A stretch of 62,367 nt of DNA, filler included, from Chrysochromulina tobinii (Eukaryota): the NCBI GenBank assembly GCA_001275005.1. It is 5 parts of 5 records of this genome, joined end to end, with 100 filler letters (N's around TTAATTAATTAA, not from the genome) between each part and the next. Parts side by side here need not be neighbours in the genome. Positions count along the whole stretch, not along the records: positions 1 to 15,807 come from JWZX01001340.1; 4 more parts are not named here. One strand, given 5' to 3'. The notes under the pieces are model-generated. The model made no database searches. It worked only from the letters and a program-made list of their open reading frames with translations, and was not told where the DNA came from. The first letter of the stretch is position 1, and each line of letters opens with the position of its first letter. Shown here piece by piece: positions 1 through 9,923 of this stretch. Position numbers and translations under genes: made by a program.

Positions 1-86
1 ACATGCAGGATACATGCAGGATACATCAGGATACGTATTGTATAGGAAACCCCCCCCAATTTGTATAGGAAACCCCCCCGCACCCC
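1..86. mobile_element. Right terminal inverted repeat of a GATACAT-rich element (same family as 41527-43255), cut by window start
   Basis: GGATACAT repeats then ATAGGAAACCCCCCCCAA..ATAGGAAACCCCCCCGCACCCCA, closely matching 43170-43255 and the reverse complement of 41527-41610. Confidence 0.75.
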
Positions 87-363
87 AACGGCGCGGACAC
101 CCGACGGCCCGACTTGGCGTACACGGCATAGACACGCCTCGCCGTCGTGCGTCGTCAACATCGTCCCTTTGGGCCCCAGCGCGTGCTGAGTGGGCCCCGG
201 TGAGCGACACGGAGCGCTTGCTCTTTAGCGCTCTTCTTTAGGGTTGGAAAAGGCGCGCTTTCCCGGTTCATAAGTTGCGGTCTCGCATGACGTGCATATG
301 TAACCTCCATGTGACGACCATCGACGCTGTGTCGGGATCCGCGGCTGCCGCGACGCGAGCACG

Positions 364-1377
364 ATGGAGGACGTAGGCGCCTACCGAGCCTTCTTCGTGC
401 GCAACGAACCTCCTCAGAGTGAATTCGTGGGCTCGGCTCCAAAGGCAGCACCGTCCGACGCCAGCGCGACAGGTCTCGATTGGGACTCTGAGGCTGTTCG
501 CGAGCTCCAACGCAGCCTGCCAGCGCACATGACGCTTCGCCCGATCACCTCGCTCACGGACGCGGCGCGAGCGAATCTGCGCTCCACGGTCCTGGACAGC
601 TGGGGTCGCGCCGCCGCTGAGGCGGTGGATGTCCCTGCGTGCGCCGAAGTTGCCTTGGAGGACATGTTACGCATCGTGCGCGAGCTCCGGTATCTGCCGC
701 CGCTGTGCCGCTCGGTTGAGGAGGCGCAGCAACTTACGAGCGAGCTGGGGCGCTGCTTCCATCACGGCGCCGGCGATCCCACTGGACGGGTCCTCTCACC
801 TGATGCTTCCCGAGTGCGTCAGGTTATGAGCGACGTTGCCTCGGCCGAGAACGACTGCTCGACAGTCCGGCGCGTGCTCGGGCTGCTGACCGAGATGACC
901 CGGGCTCCCGAGGGCAGCGTCGCACCGGGAAGCCCCGATGGGCCGCCGAGTCGCGTCACGATCCGCTTCCTCCACGAAGAGAGCGCCTCGACCATCGGCG
1001 AGCCGAAGCACGTGGACGTCAAATCACGTGAGCCGTTGCCGGCGCGCCCAGTGGTGAGCGCCGAGACGGGCGCAGACGCGCTCGTGCAGCGGCCGCGGCT
1101 CATCTGGACGTTCGACAAGCGCAACCCGCTGCGCATCCTTAGCTGGCGCGCACGCGCATGCATCGACACGGAGCCGCCGGAGGATGGCGGCGGCATCGTG
1201 CTACCCGAGGGCCTGCGCTGCGACCCGCCGTACTTGCACGAGGGCCTGACGACCACGGCCGACGGCGAGTGGCCGATAGGCTCGCGTGTGCAGCTGGTGA
1301 CGGACCCCGATTGGTTCAACCCTGAAGGGGCGAGGAAGGTGGCCGAGGCATGGGAACGGGAGCGGCGGCAGCCATGA
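364..1377 (+). CDS. Hypothetical protein, 337 aa, intronless
   Basis: Long ATG-to-TGA ORF with globular-protein composition; no motif recognised. Confidence 0.6.
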   Translation: MEDVGAYRAFFVRNEPPQSEFVGSAPKAAPSDASATGLDWDSEAVRELQRSLPAHMTLRPITSLTDAARANLRSTVLDSWGRAAAEAVDVPACAEVALEDMLRIVRELRYLPPLCRSVEEAQQLTSELGRCFHHGAGDPTGRVLSPDASRVRQVMSDVASAENDCSTVRRVLGLLTEMTRAPEGSVAPGSPDGPPSRVTIRFLHEESASTIGEPKHVDVKSREPLPARPVVSAETGADALVQRPRLIWTFDKRNPLRILSWRARACIDTEPPEDGGGIVLPEGLRCDPPYLHEGLTTTADGEWPIGSRVQLVTDPDWFNPEGARKVAEAWERERRQP

Positions 1378-1866
1378 TGCAATTGCGTGCTGTATGCGAT
1401 ACGTTAGATACGTGATAGTCTCGAGGTCGCTCAGAGGTTTAGAGGTATGGTTAGACTCGCGGGGCTACATAAGTGATGGGTGCGGAATTCGTTAACCGTA
1501 ACAAATGTGCTGACTCCAAGGCTGACTCTGAGACACGCTGACGACTTGCAGCTTCAGAGATGATCTATGATGATGACTATGATGACAGCAGCTGTGAGAG
1601 CTCCGGGCCGTGAGCACATGGCTGAGCAGCAGCAATCTGAATCTCTGCAAACGAGGCTTCTGTATTCTTGCTGTTGGGGTGGCCGCGGCGAGCATATTTG
1701 AAGGTGATGAGTACACACAGTACATGTCGACGACTGCGCGCTGTCGTCGCTCGCGAACGCGGCGTTTTGAGCGCGTCCTTTGTACCCGGTGACTTCCCCT
1801 TTTTGGTGAGCAGTCAACGGCATCGCGGGTGGCGCGAGAGTCTTTGACGCGCTTGACCTTGAACCG

Positions 1867-4800
1867 ATGGAGGATGCGACTGACGAGGAGACGTACAACC
1901 TGCTGCTGCAGCTCAAGGAGCTGCGCTGCGCCCGCCTGCAGGTGCGCGTCACCCACGTATTGGCGCGCTCCCATCTCCTGCCGCTCACCCCACGTTGCAC
2001 TCCTACTCTCTCTCTCCTGCGAAGGCGATGATCGCACTCAAGGAGGCGCGGCTCGAGGAGGCGAAGCTTCGTGAGGCGCGGCTGCGATCGCCGTCGTCGC
2101 CCTCGCGACACGACGAGGCCGACGCTTCGGCTGGAGATGCGGCCGATGAGCATCCCACAGAGCCACCCATGCTGCGCCGCATGTCGTCTTCGCTGGTCAA
2201 CGTCGAGGTGGCCGGTCAGAACACGCGGCCGCTTGGCAGGCTGCAGCCCGAGGGGCGCACGCATTACCGGCCCGCGCCCTCGACGCGCTTCGGCGCGCGC
2301 TCCCACTTTCCGGGCGCTGACCGCCTGCGGGGTGGCCTGTTGCCTTCGGGCATCCCGACGTCTCTAGTGCAGCGGTGGCATGCGGGCTCGATCTCGGGCG
2401 ATCTCGCGCTGCGCGAGATCCTCGACGCCGTGTGCCGCGTGCGCTCGGGCCGCGACGCCTCGCCCGAGGAGCGCGAGCTTGCCGCGATGACGCAGTCCTT
2501 CACAGCGGACGGGATGCTCTCCCTCGGCGGGCCACTCGGTGAGTGACATGACGAGTGCCGCTGAGTGCCGCTGAGTGCCGCTGAGTGCCATACGCAACTG
2601 AGTGCGGCTGAATGCGACTGGCTGCGCTTCGTAGGCGCCCTTGTGGGTGGTCTGCCAGACGCCAAGCTGATCACGGCGGTAGGCCAAGCGAGCTCATCAA
2701 ATCTCGCGCCGCTGCACGCGCTGCTGCTTCGCGAGCCCGAGGCAGTTTGCTGCGATGCCCTGCGCCAGTTCACGCGTCAGTTGCTCACTAGCGCCGAGTC
2801 CGAAGGGTCTGTGGAGCGCCATTCGCTCACAGTCGACTTGGCGAAGCTCTCGGCGGAGGAGCTCAATCTTGCCTTCCGGCGCGCGTGCCTGAAGCACCAC
2901 CCGCATCGTGAGGACCGCTGATGACCCTCTGATTGCTTCTGATTGCGTCCCTCATCGGGTGGCTGAGTGCGTCTGATTGCATATGAGTGCGTCTGAGTGC
3001 GTCCGATTGCGTCCCTCATCAGGCGAGTCCGGTTCGCTCGGCTCGCTGCTGTGCGTCCATCTCCACTTTGAGCTCGTGTGCCTCACGTGGACGGGATTGC
3101 GCCACCGCTCTGATCTCGGCCGATCTGACGAAGCCGAGAAGGACGGCAGCAAGGGAGCGGCCCTCAGTGGCGCGGCGGCGGCGGCGGCGGCGCCCTTAGA
3201 AGATGCGGCGCTGCTCCGCGAGATCGAATCTGCCGATGCGGAGCTCGCACTCGGCGCCGAGCGGCTCGATCCGTCCGTGCTCGAGGCGCTCAATGAGAGT
3301 ATGGCGGCGAGGGCGAGCTACCTGGGAAGGGTGCGAGATCTGCTTGAGGTGCAGCTGGAGGGGATGCAAGCGGTGGGCGCGTACTCGATCATCGGGTGCT
3401 CAGCACGGCGCGGCTCGAACGACTCGCCTTTCCCACAGCTCTGCCCAGCATGCCAGTGCTCAGCACGGCGCCCCGTCTCGCGCTCCCCACAGGTGCTCGC
3501 CGGATGCGACTGATAAGGAGCTCGCGGCGGCGTACCGCGACGCGGCGCGGCGTAAGCACCCCGACCGCGGCGGCGACAAGGTCGCGTTCCAGAAGCTGCA
3601 GCAGGCCTACGAGGAGGTGACAAAGGCGCGCAAGGCGGCTGGTAAACAGTCAGGCCGAGGCGGCGGCGGGGGTGGCGGCGGCGGCGGCGGCGGCGGCGCT
3701 GGCGGAGGCGGAGGCGGAGGCAGAGCAGGCGGCGGCGCTGGCGGAGGCGGAGGCGGCCACGCTGGCGGCGGCGAGGGCGGTGGCGAGGCAGGCGCGGGCG
3801 GCGGCGAGGGTGATCGGCATAAGACCAGACGCGAACGCAAAGAGGCACGACGGGCAGCCCGCGCAGCAGCCAAGGCGGACAAGGAGGAGGCTGATGCTGC
3901 CGTGGCGGCGGAGGAGAAGCGTCAGGCAGCAAAGTCGGCCGGCGCGGCTGAGGCGGGCGCCGAGCCGGGCGCGGGCGAGAGCCAGCCCGATTCAAATGGT
4001 GGTGAGGCTGATGATGAGGCTGATGACGTTTCCCATCCGAAGCGGACGCGTGATGCGTCGGAAGAAGCGGTGGAGGAGGAGGAGGCGGCGGAGGCGGAGA
4101 ACCAGGATGGGTCGACAGCGAAGGCGAAGGCACGGGGGCAGAGCCTCGACGAGGACGACGAGGACGAAGGCAAGGAGAATGCCGCGACGAACGCGAGCAC
4201 GAAGCCCAAGGGCGCCGACGCGGGGCAGGGGGGTGGCGCCCACGACGACGCGGCCGCCGGAGAGGGAGCTGAGGGCGATGGTGTGAAGAGCGAGGGCGAT
4301 GGTGTGAAGAGTGAGGGCGAGGACGTGAGCGAGGGCGAGGCGGACGACGCGACGGAGGCGATCCGGGAGGCGCAGGAACAGCTCCGACAGCAGCGCGAGG
4401 CGCGCTCGAGACGGCGCGAGGAGCGGCGGGAGGGTCTGGTGGATGAGGACAGCGACGACGAGGCGGCCGAGGCAGAGGAGGGCGAGCTCGACGAGGGCGA
4501 GATCCTCTCACCAAAGTCCGCAGAGGCTGCTGCCGCGGCACAGCGTGAAGCGAGGGCTGCCCTCGCCGCCACGGACGATCTCATCGAGGAGATGCCCTGC
4601 GAGGAGATGTGCAACGTGGCGGAGCAGGCACGCTGATTGCCTCTGAGGACCTGCCTTGCATGCAAGTGCTCACCACGGCGCGTTCGGCTCTCGGGAGCAG
4701 GCCGCCGAGGCGGCGCGTGCATGCGCAGCCTCGGCCCGCATCGGGAAGCGTGTTTGTGAGCTCGGCTCGGGAGGTTGGGGTGTGCTCTGCGATTGCGCGC

Positions 4801-6911
4801 AGACGGTGCTCCGGACGAGCCGTGCGTGCGCGGGCGCGGTGCTTCGAGTGGGGCACGCGGCGATGAAGACGCCCTCCGAGGTGATGATGGCCTATGATGG
4901 CAACTGAATGCTACTGAGTGCCACTGAGGCCCACCGAGTGCGACTGAGGCCCACTGAGTGCCACTGAGTCCTTCCCTCATCAGGTGACGGACACGCTCGA
5001 CACGGCCACTGGACACGTCATGGACCGAAAAGGCGAGCGCGAGATTCGTCAACTGATGGAGGCCATCCTGAGCTCGGTTCGCGAGGGGCGCCAGGCGGCT
5101 GCGCGCGCAAAGGAGTGCAACAGCAAGGCGGCCGACGGCGCGCAGATCGTGCTGTCCCTCATCCGGCTGCCGCCCAATCCGGAACGCCTCGCCTCGGCCG
5201 TTGGGGCAGGTGAGTGCCACTGATGACTCCTGATGACCATCCCGAACGCCTCGCCTCGGCCGTTGGGGCAGGTGAATGCGACTGAGTGCCAATGAGTGCC
5301 ACTGAGTGCGAATGGGTGCGAATGATTGCGACCACCATCGCAGATGCACTGGGCTCCCTCATGTGACCCCTGATGGCCCCTGATGACCACTGATGACCAC
5401 TGATGACCCCTGATGACCACCATCGCAGATGCACTGGGCTCCCTCATGTGACCACTGATGGCCCCTGATGACCACTGATGACCACTGATGACCACTGATG
5501 ACCACTGATGACCCCTGATGACCACCATCGCAGATGCACTCGGCTCCCTCATGTGCCGTGTCGCCGACGTGCTCTCCGAGATGGCGACGGCGGTTGGTGA
5601 GGCAGCCGAGCGCGCCATGTCGACAGCCGTCGCGGTCGAGGCGATGCACCGACAGGCGGCGGCAGTGCGCATGGCGGCCGAGAATGCGACGCTGAAAAAG
5701 GGGGCGGAGGTGCTCGACATGGCGCCTGGCTGCACGTGATGCACCTGAGTGCGCCTGAGTGCGTGGTCTGAGTGCGTGCGGATTGCCTCCCTCATCAGGC
5801 GGACTCGGAAGGCTCGTCCTCCTCATCATCCGATTCTGATGAGGATGATGACGTCAAGAAGGCCACCAAGGCCGCCAAGGCGCAGGCGGCGGAGGCCGAG
5901 GCCAAGCGACGTGCGCAGGAGGAAGCCAAGCGGCAGGCGGAGGAGGAGAATCAACCGAATCCGGAAGCGAACCTCGGGCCGGGTGCCAAGATGCGCTTGG
6001 CTAACGTGCGCCAGCTGCGCAAGGTAATTGGGCTCGCCCTGATTGGGCTCGTAATTGGGCTCGCCCTGATTGGGCTCGTAATTGGGCTCGCCCTAATTGG
6101 GCTCGTAATTGGACTCGCCCTGATTGGGCTCGTAATTGGGCTCGCCCTGATTGGGCTCGTAATTGGGCTCGCCTCGAAGACTGGCACACTGATGAATGAT
6201 GATTGCCCTTCTGAGGGCTTCACTCATGGCCCCTTGTTTGGCTCTTGATTGGATCTCGATTGGATCTTGATTGGATCTTGATTGGCCCTTGAATGGCAGG
6301 TGCTCTCCGAGCTACGCGAGAAGCAAGAGAAGTTGCGCGAGCTCGTCTCTGCCGTGCCCGAGCTCTTGCCCGGCATCACCGTCTCCCAAAAGGAGGCGAC
6401 GTTCCAGCAGCTCGCCGAGCTGCTCGCCGCCGCCGAACAACCCATCGCGCTCCGATGGTACCAGGCTGGCAAGAAAGCGAGCGCGGCGGGCGGCGCAGTC
6501 GAGGGGGGAGAAGGGTCGCCGACCGCAGCGGCGGGGGCGGGGGCGGAGGCGGTCGCCGACGCGACAGTCGCGGGCGGACCGCCCGACGCGGCGCTCGACG
6601 AGTGGGTCGGCTTTGTGACGAAACAGCTACGTTTCCTCTTCCACGCGGCCGATTCGTCAAATCTACCGGTACCGTCGGCCCTCGAGGCGCGGCTGCTTCG
6701 TCAGGCGTCGCTGATCGACGGCGAGCTCACCGCGCAGATGCTGCGCGCGCAGCTGGTGCAGCGGGTCCTTCTCTTCGCGCCAGAGGGCGAGAGGCTGGCC
6801 CACGACAGGCTGCGGATGCGCCCGCCTCAGCGCCCGCAGATCGTCGCGCTCACCGAGAAGCTCGAGGCCGCCGTGAAGCAGCTGACGGCGGTGACGCCAC
6901 CGGCCCGTTGA
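1867..6911 (+). CDS. Multi-exon J-domain (DnaJ-like) protein with acidic, Gly-rich and coiled-coil regions
   Basis: Splicing 3396-3492 gives AYSIIGCSPDATDKELAAAYRDAARRKHPDRGGDKVAFQKLQQAYEEV (canonical J domain, HPD). An earlier J-like segment reads LNLAFRRACLKHHPHR. Frame-joining introns include 1942-2024, 2908-3022, 4628-4700 (GC-AG), 5210-5533 and 6024-6299. Start codon and some junctions uncertain. Confidence 0.75.
6024..6174 (+). repeat. 27-bp tandem repeat (about 5.5 copies) at the 5' end of intron 6024-6299
   Basis: GTAATTGGGCTCGCCCTGATTGGGCTC repeated directly after AAG|GT. Confidence 0.9.
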
Positions 6912-6931
6912 GAGCCGTCGAGAGCCGTTGA

Positions 6932-7021
6932 GAGCCCTATGAAGAGAGCGGGAGCCCTATGAAGAGAGCGGGAGCCCTATGAAGAGAGCGGGAGCCCTAT
7001 GAAGAGAGCGGGAGCCCTATG
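6932..7021 (+). repeat. 20-bp tandem repeat (about 4.5 copies) just after the J-domain gene stop
   Basis: GAGCCCTATGAAGAGAGCGG repeated. Confidence 0.9.
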
Positions 7022-7577
7022 GAAAAGGGGGACAGGGGGAGGTCAGCAGTGGTGCGCGCGCTTGGGGAGCGGGCAGTACACATCCCGCCGCGCCTCCATC
7101 GGCAGGGCGTCTCGCGCGTGCGCGCTGTGTGAGCGCGTGAGCGAGCGACAGCGAGCTGCTGCGAGGGTCCCTCCACATACGATAGGCGAGAGTGGTTCCT
7201 TACTTGGGTGTGCAGGGTGCGAGTACTTTCTGTGATGGCGGCCCCACACGTGATGCTCTCTCGGTGAACATGAGTCTGGGATCCGATCCATTTTCGGGGC
7301 GGTTTTTGCAGAAATAGAATCGCGCCGTCGTGGTGGACTCGCGCTCCTCCTTGAAAAGCATCGCGGCGTCACTTGATCGACATCGACTAGCCTGCCGCCG
7401 CCACCCGCAGTATGTTTGTCATCCCCGACCTGCTGGAGCGCGATGCTCAGGATGCGGCCTTGCGGGCGTGCGGCGGCAGGAAATGGCGAGTGGAGAACAA
7501 GGTGCGCCGCAAAGCCCCTGGATGGCGAGCGCGCACACGCCATTTGCTCGAACGCTGCGCACCCAACTCAAATTTGA

Positions 7578-8054
7578 ATGCCCGATCGCGCTGCGCAGGA
7601 GAACTTCGCGCCGAATGGGATGGAGCTGGGGGTAGACCATAGCAAGAAAGTGCGGCGCGTCAAGGGCGCCGCAGGCAGCAGCAGCAAGGCGGTTGCGAAG
7701 AAGCTGGCAGCGGTGGCTGCCAAACCGGCGGCGACCGAGGGCGAGTCCTCTCACCGTCCTATTTCGCCGGCGCAGGCGCGCCCGGCAAAGCAGCAGAAAA
7801 TTGGCGATGGAGAGCGCGCGCTCGTGAACCGCTCCTCTGCGCTGAGCGCGGAGTCGAACTGGACCGTCAGTCCTCCGATGCCCCGCGTGCAGCAGCGCCA
7901 CATCGCCTTCGCGCTGAAGGCCAAGTCGACGCGCGCGCGCGGTCCTTCGGCGCTGCATCCGGCCTCGGAGCCGGCCACGGGTTCCGACGCCCGCGAGGTC
8001 GAGGTGCTCATCCGAGGCGTCGAGGGCGTCGAGCTGCTCGAAAACGAGGGTTGA
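7578..8054 (+). CDS. Possible Lys/Ala-rich hypothetical protein or degraded gene fragment
   Basis: 158-aa ORF (KKVRRVKGAAGSSSKAVAKKLAAV...) immediately preceded by an in-frame TGA; coding-like sequence on both sides. Confidence 0.25.
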   Translation: MPDRAAQENFAPNGMELGVDHSKKVRRVKGAAGSSSKAVAKKLAAVAAKPAATEGESSHRPISPAQARPAKQQKIGDGERALVNRSSALSAESNWTVSPPMPRVQQRHIAFALKAKSTRARGPSALHPASEPATGSDAREVEVLIRGVEGVELLENEG

Positions 8055-8746
8055 TGGGCCACAGCTCGACCTCCCTTGAACGCTCCAGAGTGCGACGCGT
8101 CGTCGCGAGCGCGACCCTGCCGTGGCGCAGCAGGCGTACGCCAGCGACGACGAGGAGACGCGCGTGCACGCAGCTGTGGCGGATGATGATCCAGATGATA
8201 CAACCTATGAACACGCGCACGGAGGAGAAGTAGACGTGTGCAGCCACGCTGCCATGGCGCTAGCCGCTACCGTTACTAGACCTCGCCGGCGGCGCTCGGG
8301 CAATGCATGGGCGGGTCAGGTATACAGAGTAGATCTCTGTACTCACAGAGCTTGTCGCGCGAGTGTTGCGCGCGCCACGGTTCTATGTATGTACAGGTGC
8401 GTATATATCCGAATATTATCTAAAACGCGATCGTAGCTACCGATTCGTCGCGCGTCGTCGACTCGTCGTGGCTCACGGTCACGTTTGTCGTTTCACGATC
8501 TCGTCTGCAGATTTCAGATTACGTAGACGGCGGGGGCTCCGGGGGACGCCCGATCGAGCGGGCGTGGTACCTATCGTCGGCTATCCGATCCGGGAGCGCA
8601 CACTGCCCCGCGCCGGCCAGCCAAGCACGGCACAGCGGGGCCGGCATCGCCATCCGCATACCGCATCAAAGCATGTCCGCATCGGGCCGATCACGATCCA
8701 CATGGGCGGCATAACGATGCATTCGCAACGTGAGCGGCATGGGTAT

Positions 8747-9604
8747 TCATATGTATCTGTGCGCAGAATGTGCAACACGAAGGGTGAGCAAGAGCCCTAA
8801 TGGTGCGCCACGGATAGGAATCAGGATGGCGTCACATGAACGCACCAGTGTCGGCTGTCCCGCGGCATCCTCGTCTGCGCTCATCGGTCGTTTCCAGCTG
8901 AAACTGCGCTCGTGCTCGGTGTCGACGCTTTCTGGCCCAGTAGACCGCCACGTACCCATCGGCACCCCCCTCCGCGGGGACATTTGCCACGAACCGCGCG
9001 GCGCCTGTCGTACAAGAGGCGGCTCCGTGTACACCGATGGCTTCCTGTGCCGTCGAGTCAGCGGACGGCCACGCTGGCCCCAATCGTGCATCACGCTCTG
9101 GGTCTTGCCAATGCATCGTAGTTCCATTGGTCCTATCAGCATGTAGTGCTGCTCGACGATGACCGGCCCTCGCGATGTCATCGGCCTCCAAGGCCCTGCT
9201 GAAGCCGGTCGTGTTGGCACCGGTTGTGACGGCGCCGGTCGGTATTGCCGCGCTGAAGCCGGTCGTGGTGGCGCATCTGCCGCGCGTGGTGTTGAAGGAG
9301 GCCGAGGTGTCAGCATCGATGGTACCGCCCGTGGTAGCCATGGTGGCCCATCAGCCACACGTGGTGTTGGAGGAGGCCGAGGTGATAGCATCGATGGTAC
9401 CGCCCGTGGTAGCCATGGTGGCCCATCAGCCACACGTGGTGTTGGAGGAGGCCGAGGTGATAGCATCGGTGCTGCTCTGAGGGTGCATGCCGCCTCAATG
9501 GTTTGCTTGAGTGAACGAAGAGCCGCCCTGAGCTCAGGGTCGCGCGAGACCTCGGCAACGGTCAGCGCTTTGAGCTGGTCGTAAGTGACGAGCTGGAAGG
9601 GCAT
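8747..9604 (-). CDS. Pro/Arg-rich hypothetical protein with a 26-aa internal duplication
   Basis: ATG at 9604 (MPFQLVTYDQLK...) within the 475-aa ORF; MLSPRPPPTPRVADGPPWLPRAVPS twice; RPASA motifs. Confidence 0.5.
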   Translation of the reverse strand: MPFQLVTYDQLKALTVAEVSRDPELRAALRSLKQTIEAACTLRAAPMLSPRPPPTPRVADGPPWLPRAVPSMLSPRPPPTPRVADGPPWLPRAVPSMLTPRPPSTPRAADAPPRPASARQYRPAPSQPVPTRPASAGPWRPMTSRGPVIVEQHYMLIGPMELRCIGKTQSVMHDWGQRGRPLTRRHRKPSVYTEPPLVRQAPRGSWQMSPRRGVPMGTWRSTGPESVDTEHERSFSWKRPMSADEDAAGQPTLVRSCDAILIPIRGAPLGLLLTLRVAHSAHRYI

Positions 9605-9923
9605 GATCCTTGCCCACCTCGGGGACGGATCGGACTTTGAAGACCGACTTCGGGGCGGGGAGTCTTCCGAACAGCCGAGTCTCAATCTCGTTACCGGTAT
9701 GAAACGGTGAAACGTCCCGCTCGTGGTGCGTACCACACGTACCAGCCCCTTCTGTTCCTCCTTCAGGCCCGAAAAAGCGTCGCGTAAAAAGTGCCCGCCC
9801 GGCTCTTCGCACATCAGCCTCTTCGGCCCCGGCGTCCGGCGACCTCCTTTCCGATCCGGGAACACCGCCCACCCCCAAACCCCAAAGCCCATACCCCTGC
9901 ACTGTACGAGCTCACTCTCGAGC

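Noticed and set aside
6024..6248. VIGLALIGL repeat as a transmembrane protein
   Set aside because: Translation of a 27-bp repeat inside intron 6024-6299
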